Shown piece by piece: positions 19,209-27,601 of a DNA stretch of 64,000 nucleotides. How positions within the stretch are numbered: position 1 is the first letter of the stretch; every line of letters begins with the position of its first letter. The position numbers and the translations under genes are program-made. Source of the DNA: Candidatus Woesearchaeota archaeon (GTDB lineage Archaea; Nanobdellota; Nanobdellia; Woesearchaeales; GW2011-AR9); contig JABHQW010000001.1 of assembly GCA_018696595.1 (NCBI GenBank), positions 6,223 through 70,222 of the forward strand, given 5' to 3'. The notes beneath the pieces are model-generated. The model saw nothing but the letters and a program-made list of their open reading frames with translations. It was not told the DNA's origin and did no database searches.

Positions 19209-19439
19209 GTGGGCCTACAGGGACTTTCAAATCTCCAGGAAGATTTGTAGTCTCCTAAAGGATATTTGAACCCTGATCAACCGGTATCAACCCAAACTCT
19301 TCTTAAATAATTTGACTGCAGGGAAAATCCTGTTTTGATCAAACTTTTTTTAAAAATTTGGTCCGAAGCCGGCCGCACTTTTTGGCTAGCGCCTAAACTT
19401 TGTCTGACGCCAAGTATCCAGGTTATGCTATAGGCCCAC
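19209..19439 (-). ncRNA. structured ncRNA candidate A (paralog of 25459-25610), family unassigned
   Basis: 12-bp terminal helix GUGGGCCUAUAG/CUGUAGGCCCAC; 5' hairpin UUGGCG..CGCUAG; conserved 3' module GGUUCAAAUAUCC..GGAGACUA-CAAAUCU-UCCUGG-AGAUUUG-AAAGUCC; TATA CTTTAAAAATA about 25 nt upstream; UUUAUUAU after the 3' helix. Confidence 0.5.
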
Positions 19440-19481
19440 AATAAAAGGATAAAAGAAGAAGGTATTTTTAAAGTTATTGTC

Positions 19482-20132
19482 TTATTCAGTAATGTGTGGA
19501 TTTCTTAACTGATAAAACTTGTGTTCTTCATGTTTGATCACTCCATTTAAATAACCTATTTCAACCAATCCATCACAAACTTTTTCTAAACATTCTAAGG
19601 GAAGACGTTCATCAAAAGAAAATAAAGTTTCAACAGGAAAACCCGATTGTTCATCTCCATTTAAAATAGAATGGGGAATGTTTTCTTCAACCAACTTTTG
19701 CACATAAACAGATCTCATAATAGATTCAACTTTAGTCCAAAAAAGAGCCCCATTTTTCCAAAGTACCTTACAACCTGTTCTATCAGCAACTTGACGGTCA
19801 CGAGGAGAAATATTTCCAGTAATATATCTAAAATTTATTTGTCTTTCATTTTTACGAAATAAAACCCCCATTTGTTCAGGAGCTAAAGATTCTGTACTAC
19901 CTTCTTCTAAATAACCAGAAGCGTCAGGAAGCCTCATGTCTGAAAATCCCCCCCTAGGGAAATTTCCTGTCGAGGATAAGTAAAGTAAAGCGTCTTTTCC
20001 TTTAGTAAAAGATTTATAAGATAATTCTAATAAATCGGCTTTTGCTTCTAATAATTCCAAGATACATTCCTGATCGTCCAAAAACATTAAATCAATTCCT
20101 CTCCTAGCCATGTTTCTATTATGAAGTGACAA
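19482..20132 (-). CDS. receiver (REC) domain protein with uncharacterised C-terminal domain
   Basis: IDLMFLDDQE...GKDALLYL...FSDMRLPDASGYLE follows the CheY-like receiver pattern. Confidence 0.4.
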   Translation of the reverse strand: MSLHNRNMARRGIDLMFLDDQECILELLEAKADLLELSYKSFTKGKDALLYLSSTGNFPRGGFSDMRLPDASGYLEEGSTESLAPEQMGVLFRKNERQINFRYITGNISPRDRQVADRTGCKVLWKNGALFWTKVESIMRSVYVQKLVEENIPHSILNGDEQSGFPVETLFSFDERLPLECLEKVCDGLVEIGYLNGVIKHEEHKFYQLRNPHITE

Positions 20133-20194
20133 TTGATATTTAAATGTTTCCAGCCAAAAAGTTAATAAATGAAGTAAATAAAAGTAGGATTATT

Positions 20195-20349
20195 GCCCCG
20201 GTGGCCTAGTGGCTATGGCACCTGACTTGTAGCCAACTATCTACTATGTTTACAATAGTAAAGAAAGCATGGTAAGATATCAGGAGATCGCGAGTTCAAC
20301 TTCCGTTAGGGAGTTACAATCCCATGGATTGAAAGTCTCGCTCGGGGCT
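20195..20349 (+). tRNA. tRNA-Thr(UGU) with two introns (47 nt after position 37 and ~35 nt in the T-loop)
   Basis: Acceptor GCCCCGG/UCGGGGC; anticodon stem CCUGA/UCAGG with loop CUUGUA; T-stem GCGAG/CUCGC enclosing an expanded loop; oligo-T follows. Confidence 0.7.
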
Positions 20350-20372
20350 CTTTTTTCTTTTGTTACTCTAAA

Positions 20373-20400
20373 GTAATGAAATAAACGAAAGATTTATAAA
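20373..20400 (+). promoter_or_regulatory. BRE/TATA promoter GTAATGAAATAAACGAAAGATTTATAAA
   Basis: CGAAAG (BRE-like) abutting TTTATAAA; about 50 nt upstream of ATG 20451; near-identical copy at 25631-25658. Confidence 0.55.
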
Positions 20401-20450
20401 TCAAATTTGTTTCTAGATCATATCACACTAATTATGAGGAAAATAATAAA

Positions 20451-20933
20451 ATGACAGATACAGGAATGGAATTAACACAATCGCATGAACATGCATTAGA
20501 AACTGCAGTTCACCAATTTGGAATTGATTTAGTACCAATTGGTAGAGCTTATATAGATAGTTTAAATCACGAAGATTTTAGAGAAAGCGGAGTTTATGTT
20601 CTTTTTAGACCATTAGATGTAAATCCAGAATTGGGAGATTATAAAGAAAGGTTAGAAATGCTTACTAGAACTTATCTTCCTGGAGCTACAGAAGAATTTT
20701 TACAATTAGAAACTGATCGAAGAGAACTTTCTACTCAGTTAACTACAAGTAGAATGGGACTTAATAAACGAGAAATTGCTGATTATGAAAAAAGATTTCC
20801 TTTAGGTAAAAGCCGAGGTTATGAAGTTTTTGTAAAAGGCGGAAGAGGAAGTATTGACGTTTTAGCATTAAGAGAAACTAATACTATCCACACAGCAGAA
20901 ATGAAAGATCATGATTTAGTTCCTTACGAATAG
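20451..20933 (+). CDS. hypothetical protein
   Basis: 160 aa ORF with an SD (GAGG) 8 nt upstream; first gene after the tRNA. Confidence 0.35.
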   Translation: MTDTGMELTQSHEHALETAVHQFGIDLVPIGRAYIDSLNHEDFRESGVYVLFRPLDVNPELGDYKERLEMLTRTYLPGATEEFLQLETDRRELSTQLTTSRMGLNKREIADYEKRFPLGKSRGYEVFVKGGRGSIDVLALRETNTIHTAEMKDHDLVPYE

Positions 20934-20945
20934 AGGTAAAATAAA

Positions 20946-21185
20946 ATGAGAAGAATGATTACTGATAAAAAGCGTGAAGAAGATTTAGCTAATGAAGTTA
21001 TAGAAGATTTGGAACATTGGACAAATCCATATAATGGTGCAGTTAATTCAAGTACAACTTATCAACAACTAGGCGTTGGATTTTTTGCTGCTGAACCAGA
21101 CTCACAAGAATTATTGGATCAAGGATTTAATAATCGTGTTGATGGCTCATATTTTAGAAATAATCGAATTGAAGAGGATGAATAA
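20946..21185 (+). CDS. hypothetical small protein
   Basis: 79 aa ORF in the co-directional string. Confidence 0.3.
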   Translation: MRRMITDKKREEDLANEVIEDLEHWTNPYNGAVNSSTTYQQLGVGFFAAEPDSQELLDQGFNNRVDGSYFRNNRIEEDE

Positions 21186-21186
21186 A

Positions 21187-21621
21187 ATGAAAATATTAGA
21201 AAAAATTGTTAATGCAGGAAAATACATTGCAGGAACCGCTAGTCTTTTAGCTATGGCCAGCGGATGTGCAACTACTACAACTTATGATGTAAACCAATTC
21301 TGTGGAAAAATGCCATTTCAAGATGGAACAGTAAAAGAAGCCGTAAAGAGAGTTGATGACCGAGGTATTGAGATATCATATTTAAGAGTAGAAAATGATT
21401 CAGAAATATTTGAAAAGATGGATTATGATGGAGATGGATTTTCTGAAACTCAAGTTTATAGGAAAACTCACTCAGATGGTTCAAAAACTTTTGTAAGATG
21501 TGCAAATGATGAAGGAGTTTTGAATGGTCAAGTAACAAAAAAAGGAGCTTGGACTTTAAGTCAAACTGAAAAGAATGCCGCAGGAGAAATAGTTAAAGAA
21601 GATTATCAAATTGCTAGATAA
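21187..21621 (+). CDS. lipoprotein
   Basis: Signal peptide with lipobox LLAMASGC. Confidence 0.4.
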   Translation: MKILEKIVNAGKYIAGTASLLAMASGCATTTTYDVNQFCGKMPFQDGTVKEAVKRVDDRGIEISYLRVENDSEIFEKMDYDGDGFSETQVYRKTHSDGSKTFVRCANDEGVLNGQVTKKGAWTLSQTEKNAAGEIVKEDYQIAR

Positions 21622-21805
21622 AATGACAGGAATCAAATACCAAAAACCAGTACTTGAAACAAGACCATTATTTGAACCTTCTGGGCAAGTTGATTTAGAT
21701 GCTTTTTATATTGCGGCGAAAGTTATTGATGAAAAGAAATATGTTAAGATGTATCAAAGAGAATTAAAAGCAGTAATGGCAGATAAATTAAATAAAGAGG
21801 AATAA
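21611..21805 (+). CDS. hypothetical small protein
   Basis: 64 aa ORF overlapping its neighbours. Confidence 0.25.
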   Translation: MLDKMTGIKYQKPVLETRPLFEPSGQVDLDAFYIAAKVIDEKKYVKMYQRELKAVMADKLNKEE

Positions 21806-21808
21806 AAA

Positions 21809-22450
21809 ATGACATACCAAATACATGATGTTAACACAATAAAAGCTCGCTTCGGAGAATCAGCAGAAGCATTTGAACAAGGACTTAATTTTCAACATTC
21901 AGATTCAATTTTCTTGAGAGTAAAACAAAGGTCAGTAAATCCAGAAGAGATGGACTGTAGTTTAGAAGGAATGGACTTACTAATCTCTGGAAACCATTAT
22001 GAAGCAGAAGAGGGTGAACTTGTTGAGTTAGATTATGAGAATGAAACTTGGCACAAACCAGTTCAAGGGCAGAAAGTAGAAGTTCCTTTTAAGGGTACAG
22101 TACAAGTAACCCATCTTGGAGAAGATTCTGTTCGTCCCCCATTTCAGATAAAGGAAGGAGAATTTGATTATAGTAAAACCACATTTTTATTTCAAAGAGA
22201 AGATTGCCCTGATTTATATTTCTTAGGAGACTCTTTGAGAGGAGCTTACGGAACAGTTGGCTTAAGTCAAGAAATTGTGGATGAATTAAGTAAAGAAAAT
22301 GCATTATACAAAGTTCTTACAGAAGAACCAATAACATTAGGCCCAAAACAAACATTAATAGTGCCTCACGAAGGAATTGTTAGAGTTAGTTTAGAAGCAA
22401 GATTAAATGATCCAGATAAAGAAGTTGTTGTTAAAGGTTCAGGGATTTAA
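21809..22450 (+). CDS. hypothetical protein
   Basis: 213 aa ORF. Confidence 0.35.
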   Translation: MTYQIHDVNTIKARFGESAEAFEQGLNFQHSDSIFLRVKQRSVNPEEMDCSLEGMDLLISGNHYEAEEGELVELDYENETWHKPVQGQKVEVPFKGTVQVTHLGEDSVRPPFQIKEGEFDYSKTTFLFQREDCPDLYFLGDSLRGAYGTVGLSQEIVDELSKENALYKVLTEEPITLGPKQTLIVPHEGIVRVSLEARLNDPDKEVVVKGSGI

Positions 22451-22545
22451 TTTTAATTTTCTTTCTCTTTTTTTCCGCAATATTTATATATATAACAACT
22501 ATTTTCAACATAAAATAATGATAGATGTGATAAAGCATTCTGAAG

Positions 22546-23190
22546 GTGTTTAATATGAATGAACAATTAAAAACTGGTACTACTACGGTAGGAATTGTAT
22601 GTAAAGACGGAATTGTTTTAGCGGCTGATAAAAGAGCAACCGCAGGAACAATGATCGTGGACAAAAGAGCAGACAAAGTACACATAATCAATGACGATTT
22701 TGCTGTAACTTGGGCTGGGACTGTTTCAGATGCGCAATTAGTAACTAAGTTACTAAAAGCAGAACTAAAACTGAAAGAAGTTAAAACTAACAAAAGACCA
22801 ACTGCAAAAGAAGCAGCTAATTTATTGGGTGGATTATTATATTCAAGTATTAGAAGGCCAAGCATGATTCCAAGCATTGCTCATTTTTTGATGGGTGGAA
22901 AAGATACAAGTGGGATTCATCTTTACGATTTATTCCCTGATGGCAGTGTAACAAAAATAACCGACTTTGTATCTTCGGGATCTGGAAGTGTATTCGCTTT
23001 AGGAGTATTAGAAACACAATACACTCAAGATATGACTACAGAGAAAGGTGTTGAATTAGTAGTAAAAGCTATCAATACCGCCTTACAGAGGGATTCCTGT
23101 TCTGGAAACGGAATTGACGTAGTTGTAGTTAAGATGGAAGACATCAAGAAGGTGATGCACAAAGAAATAAGTTACAGTTTATTAAATTAA
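22546..23190 (+). CDS. psmB: proteasome subunit beta
   Basis: N-terminal propeptide then GTTTVGIVCKDGIVLAADKRATAG active-site Thr context. Confidence 0.9.
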   Translation: MFNMNEQLKTGTTTVGIVCKDGIVLAADKRATAGTMIVDKRADKVHIINDDFAVTWAGTVSDAQLVTKLLKAELKLKEVKTNKRPTAKEAANLLGGLLYSSIRRPSMIPSIAHFLMGGKDTSGIHLYDLFPDGSVTKITDFVSSGSGSVFALGVLETQYTQDMTTEKGVELVVKAINTALQRDSCSGNGIDVVVVKMEDIKKVMHKEISYSLLN

Positions 23191-23382
23191 ATTTTATCTT
23201 CATAAAAAGGCGCAAGTGCTTTTTTATGACTTTTTTCATATTCACTTTAAATATTCTTAAAAGAATTAAACAATGAGGACCCAATAAAATAAGGGTAAAA
23301 TAAAACAAAAATGGCAGACATAAAGAAAAATTTTCAATTTTTAAATGTCGGCCATTTGGAAAATAAATAAAAGGAAAATAAA

Positions 23383-25272
23383 ATGGCAGATATATTAAAA
23401 GAAATTATTAAAGTACTACCACACAATAAAATATCAGATGCAGCTTATGAAGCAGCAAACATCGTACTTTACACTAAAGATAAAGATTACTTCTTAGACA
23501 ATAAAGGAACAATCAGAGAAGCAGTTAAACAATTCAAAAAAAGAATTGAACTTAGACCAGACCCATCAATGTGTATGGAAATGGAAAAAGCAGAAAAACT
23601 AATCAAAACACTAATTCCAAAAGAAGCAGGAGCACAAAATTTCATTTTTGATGCACCAAGATCACAATTAATTATTCATGCTGATAAACCAGGCGTAGTT
23701 ATTGGAAAACAAGGAGAAATTCTGAAAGGTATTAAAGAAAAAACAATGTGGGTACCATTAATTAAAAGAAACCCACCAATAAGATCAAAACTAATTGAAA
23801 GTATTCGTTCAGTATTATATGAAAACGCTGATTATAGAAAAAAGTTCTTAGATAAAACCGGTCATCGAGTTTATGATGGTTGGTTAAGAGAAAAAAAACA
23901 CGAATGGGTAAGATTAAGTTTCTTAGGAGCAGCAAGACAAGTAGGAAGAGCTTGCTTATTATTACAAACACCAGAATCAAGAATAATTATGGATTGTGGG
24001 ATTGATCCCAGTCAAGATGGACCAGAATCTTATCCTTACTTAGATGCACCAGAATTTAACATTGATGAAATTGATGCAGTTATTGTAACACATTCACATT
24101 TAGACCATAGTGGTTTAATTCCTTACTTGTTTAAGTATGGATATAAGGGTCCCGTTTATTGTACCTTGCCAACAAGAGATGTAATGTCCTTATTACAGTT
24201 AGACATGGTTAAGATTCAAAGAAATGAAGGTAAAGACCCAATTTACACTAGTGAAGAAGTTAGAGACATGGTTTTACATACAATCTGCTTAGAGTTTGAT
24301 GCAGTTACAGATATCACACCGGATGTAAGGATTACTCTTTACAATGCGGGACACATCTTAGGAAGTTCATTGGTTCATTTGAATATTGGTAATGGTTTGC
24401 ATAACATTGTTTTTACTGGCGATTTAAAGTATGGTCGAACAAACGTTCTAGAAGCAGCAAATACTCAATTTCCAAGAGTAGAAACTTTAATTATGGAATC
24501 CACTTATGGTGGAAAAGATAACGTTATGAACGAACAAGAAGCTGATGCATATATGGTTGATGTTGTTAAGAAGACCTTTGAACGTGGTGGAAAAGTTTTA
24601 ATGCCCGTTCTTGGAAGTGGAAGAGCACAAGAAGTAATGATTATTGTTGAAAGGTTAATGAGAGAAAAGAAAATCCCTCAGGTGCCCGTATATTTAGATG
24701 GAATGTTATGGGACATCACAGCAATCCATACAGCCTATCCGGAATTCTTAAACAGAAACATTAGGCAACAGATCTTTCATAAAGAAAATAATCCGTTCTT
24801 ATCTGAAATATTTAAAAGAGTAGGATCTAAAAAAGAACGGGACCAGATTATTGCGGAAGAAGGTGCTTGCTTAATTCTAGCAACATCAGGAATGTTACAG
24901 GGCGGACCATCTGTAGAATATTTAAAACATCTGGCAGAAGGTAAAAAACATAGTTTAGTATTTTCTTGTTATCAGCCACCTGGAAGTTTAGGACATCGTA
25001 TTAGGGGTGGAGAAACCGAGATTATGATGAGAGAAAATGGTAAACAGCAAGTTCTTAGAATCAATATGGATGTGCACAAAGTTGAGATTACTAACCATTC
25101 AGATAGAAAGCAATTGATGAACTATGTTAAGAGATGTAACCCAACTCCAAGAAAAGTGATTTTAATGCATGGTGAGAGTTCTAGATGTCTAGACTTAGCT
25201 TCGTCTTTACATAAACAGATGAGAATTGAAACTAATGCACCTAAGAATTTAGAAGTTATTCGAATTAGGTAA
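23383..25272 (+). CDS. archaeal CPSF1-type beta-CASP ribonuclease (KH-KH-MBL-betaCASP), transcription termination factor aCPSF1/FttA
   Basis: 629 aa; N-terminal KH modules, HSHLDHSG metallo-beta-lactamase motif, beta-CASP C-terminus. Confidence 0.85.
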   Translation: MADILKEIIKVLPHNKISDAAYEAANIVLYTKDKDYFLDNKGTIREAVKQFKKRIELRPDPSMCMEMEKAEKLIKTLIPKEAGAQNFIFDAPRSQLIIHADKPGVVIGKQGEILKGIKEKTMWVPLIKRNPPIRSKLIESIRSVLYENADYRKKFLDKTGHRVYDGWLREKKHEWVRLSFLGAARQVGRACLLLQTPESRIIMDCGIDPSQDGPESYPYLDAPEFNIDEIDAVIVTHSHLDHSGLIPYLFKYGYKGPVYCTLPTRDVMSLLQLDMVKIQRNEGKDPIYTSEEVRDMVLHTICLEFDAVTDITPDVRITLYNAGHILGSSLVHLNIGNGLHNIVFTGDLKYGRTNVLEAANTQFPRVETLIMESTYGGKDNVMNEQEADAYMVDVVKKTFERGGKVLMPVLGSGRAQEVMIIVERLMREKKIPQVPVYLDGMLWDITAIHTAYPEFLNRNIRQQIFHKENNPFLSEIFKRVGSKKERDQIIAEEGACLILATSGMLQGGPSVEYLKHLAEGKKHSLVFSCYQPPGSLGHRIRGGETEIMMRENGKQQVLRINMDVHKVEITNHSDRKQLMNYVKRCNPTPRKVILMHGESSRCLDLASSLHKQMRIETNAPKNLEVIRIR

Positions 25273-25458
25273 GTGTTAGCAATCGCACTACCGCCAATGG
25301 AGGCGATTTTCTGAATATGTTCTCAAGATTACTAATACATGAAGCAACGCGAAGTGCTTGAGAACTGAGGAAAATAATAAACGCCGTGCCGTAGTGCTAT
25401 TTTTTCATTGAATTTTACCTAAACTTTTATAAACCGCTTTATTTCTTTATCTTTTATT

Positions 25459-25610
25459 GCCAGCGTCGCATAATCCGGTATTGCGCTGGTCTTGAAACCT
25501 TTGGTTTTGACCTAATACCAGATAACCAGTTCCTTTTGGAATTCCCGGTTCAAATATCCCCCAGGGAGACTACAAATCTTCCTGAAGATTTGAAAGTCCG
25601 GGCGCTGGCG
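25459..25610 (+). ncRNA. structured ncRNA candidate B (paralog of 19209-19439)
   Basis: TATA TTTTATAAA 25425-25433 about 26 nt upstream; terminal pairing GCCAGCG/CGCUGGC; 5' hairpin CCAGCG..CGCUGG; conserved 3' module GGUUCAAAUAUCC..GGAGACUA-CAAAUCU-UCCUGA-AGAUUUG-AAAGUCC; followed by UUUUAUU. Confidence 0.5.
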
Positions 25611-25630
25611 CTTTTATTCTTCACTCAATA

Positions 25631-25658
25631 GTGATAAAATAAACGAAAGGTTTATAAA
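25631..25658 (+). promoter_or_regulatory. BRE/TATA promoter GTGATAAAATAAACGAAAGGTTTATAAA driving the Fic gene
   Basis: Matches 20373-20400 in 24 of 28 positions; TATA ends 22 nt before ATG 25681, consistent with a leaderless mRNA. Confidence 0.55.
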
Positions 25659-25680
25659 GAGTTAAGTCAACAATAAGACT

Positions 25681-26688
25681 ATGTTTACACTACAACCCCA
25701 AATTGGTGAAGCTAGAAGAAAAAAAGAAGCAATTCTTAGGAACCCCGAATATTCTAGAAGCAAAAGAACTCAATTTACAAACATGCTCCAACTAGAATCT
25801 AATGTGAATTCTGCAATTATGGAAATTGCAAGTGGTAGTACTGAAATGGGTGTAACTAAATCTAGTACTGGCGATGTTGATTCTCCTCATGTATTAAAAA
25901 GAAATGTGGAAGATATATGGAAGTGGTTATTAGAAGAAACAGAAGACAAGATATCAATAGACCAACCAAATATTATTGCTTTAGCAAAAAAATTTAGCCC
26001 AATGAATACTAATTTCAATTATCGTCAAGACAGAGTACATATGAAAGGATTACAATATGCGCCACCTAACCCCTTAAAAGTACCAGAATTAATGGATAGT
26101 GTGGAACACCACATCTCATGTCAAGACATTAATCCATTAGAAAGAGCTTTAATAGCACATTTCCATATAACTAGAATCCAACCTTTTAATGATGGTAATA
26201 AAAGAACAGCAAGAATGGTACAAAATTTAATTTTACATAAAAATGATTATGTGCCAATTTTAATTAAAGAAGGAGAAAGAAGTTTTTATATAGACTTATT
26301 AGAATCTGCAATGATAGCCTTTAAAGATCGGACTTCAAGTTTAGCCCCAGGATCAGAATCATGTTTTACTCCTGAATTATCTCAACAAGAAAGACAATTC
26401 TTTAGCTATTTGGTTGCCAAAGAAGTATCTGCATTAGATGATGTCAAAGATCATTTAGCGAAAAATAGAGAATATTTAGTTACAATGGGAAGACAAGAAC
26501 CAGGAGTACTTTACGCAGGTAAAAAATTAATCAAAGGATTTTTCAGAAAAAGAGATTTAAATGGCAGAGTTAAACTAAATCAGCAAGAACGTTATTTAAA
26601 GATTTTCGGAGATATTAGCAGAGATCAAGTAGAAACAATATTAGATAGCAAACCGGGCCAATACGAACTAAAAACAATTACAGACTAA
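25681..26688 (+). CDS. Fic/DOC family protein (putative AMPylase/toxin-like)
   Basis: HFHITRIQPFNDGNKRTARM matches the Fic motif HxFx(D/E)GNGRxxR with K in place of the second G; about 120 aa C-terminal extension. Confidence 0.75.
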   Translation: MFTLQPQIGEARRKKEAILRNPEYSRSKRTQFTNMLQLESNVNSAIMEIASGSTEMGVTKSSTGDVDSPHVLKRNVEDIWKWLLEETEDKISIDQPNIIALAKKFSPMNTNFNYRQDRVHMKGLQYAPPNPLKVPELMDSVEHHISCQDINPLERALIAHFHITRIQPFNDGNKRTARMVQNLILHKNDYVPILIKEGERSFYIDLLESAMIAFKDRTSSLAPGSESCFTPELSQQERQFFSYLVAKEVSALDDVKDHLAKNREYLVTMGRQEPGVLYAGKKLIKGFFRKRDLNGRVKLNQQERYLKIFGDISRDQVETILDSKPGQYELKTITD

Positions 26689-27137
26689 AATCTTTTTTCT
26701 AACCTTAAAGAACCGTCAACAGAAACAAATCCATGTTTTTCAGTCCAATAAGTTTTAGCACCAGTATCTTTATCAGCAACTAAAGAAACACTTTCAAAAC
26801 CAAACTTTCTTGCAGTTTCCATTAGATCAGAAATAAAACCGGTTCCAATCCTCTGACCCGAATACTCTTCTTTAATATAAGCATTCTCAATCCCCAATCT
26901 TCCAGATAAATCAATATTAACTAACATGCCCGGTAAAGAAGAATTTGAGTCAACTTCTTGATCTTCAAATAATAGATTCCCGGAATCATCATAAAGATTA
27001 ACACCCACACAGATCTTACCATTATCACCTATTGAATGTGGAACAATCTCGGTTCTTGAAGAATCAACAGCAGGATGTTCAAAAGATTGCATTTGTTTAG
27101 CAAACAAACCAACAACAGCAAGATTATAAGAAACCAT
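26685..27137 (-). CDS. GNAT family N-acetyltransferase
   Basis: QRIGTGFISDLMETARKFG acetyl-CoA binding motif. Confidence 0.55.
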   Translation of the reverse strand: MVSYNLAVVGLFAKQMQSFEHPAVDSSRTEIVPHSIGDNGKICVGVNLYDDSGNLLFEDQEVDSNSSLPGMLVNIDLSGRLGIENAYIKEEYSGQRIGTGFISDLMETARKFGFESVSLVADKDTGAKTYWTEKHGFVSVDGSLRLEKRF

Positions 27138-27162
27138 TTTAAATCATAAATTATCAGAAATT

Positions 27163-27477
27163 TTAAACATCAACCATCTCAATCTCAATATTAAGATTTT
27201 CAGGAATTGGAACCCTCATCACCAAACGAAGAGTTCTTTCATCAGCAGAAATATCAATCAAACGTTTGTGGATACGCATTTCATAACGTTCCCAAGAAGC
27301 TTTTCCATCCCCGCAAGGACTTTTTCGAGAAGTAACTTTTAATTTTTTTGTAGGCAAAGGAATAGGGCCACGTAAATTTACGCCAGTCTTATTAGCTATT
27401 TCATTAATATCTCCACAGATCTGATTGATCTTATCAATATCGATACTTGCTAGTTTTATTCTTGCTCTTTGCGCCAT
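27163..27477 (-). CDS. rps10: 30S ribosomal protein S10 (uS10)
   Basis: IKLASIDIDKINQICGDINEIANKTGVNLRGPIPLPTK typical of uS10; lies downstream of tuf. Confidence 0.9.
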   Translation of the reverse strand: MAQRARIKLASIDIDKINQICGDINEIANKTGVNLRGPIPLPTKKLKVTSRKSPCGDGKASWERYEMRIHKRLIDISADERTLRLVMRVPIPENLNIEIEMVDV

Positions 27478-27601
27478 TGTTATTTATTTTTGACATGATA
27501 ATTTTAAATCATCATGAGTTACTCATTTGGGACCCCGGTTCTTTATAAGTGTTTTGGTTTAACCTTCAAAAAATAAAAGAAGGTAAAAAAAATAAAAATT
27601 T

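Noticed and set aside
19209-25610. Inverted repeats as terminal inverted repeats of a transposon or integrated element
   Set aside because: Only about 70 nt are shared and the ends differ. The enclosed 6.3 kb carries essential genes (proteasome beta, aCPSF1). No transposase or integrase ORF is present.
25459-25610. RNase P RNA, suggested by GAAAGUCCGGGC resembling CR-I
   Set aside because: The motif sits at the 3' end next to the terminal helix rather than near the 5' end. No CR-V or P4 partner in the right order. There are two paralogs of 152 and 231 nt. I could not build an RNase P fold, so the identification stays open.
25681-27137. Fic plus GNAT as a toxin-antitoxin pair
   Set aside because: The genes are convergent rather than co-transcribed, and GNAT toxins pair with RHH antitoxins rather than Fic. 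No small antitoxin ORF was found.
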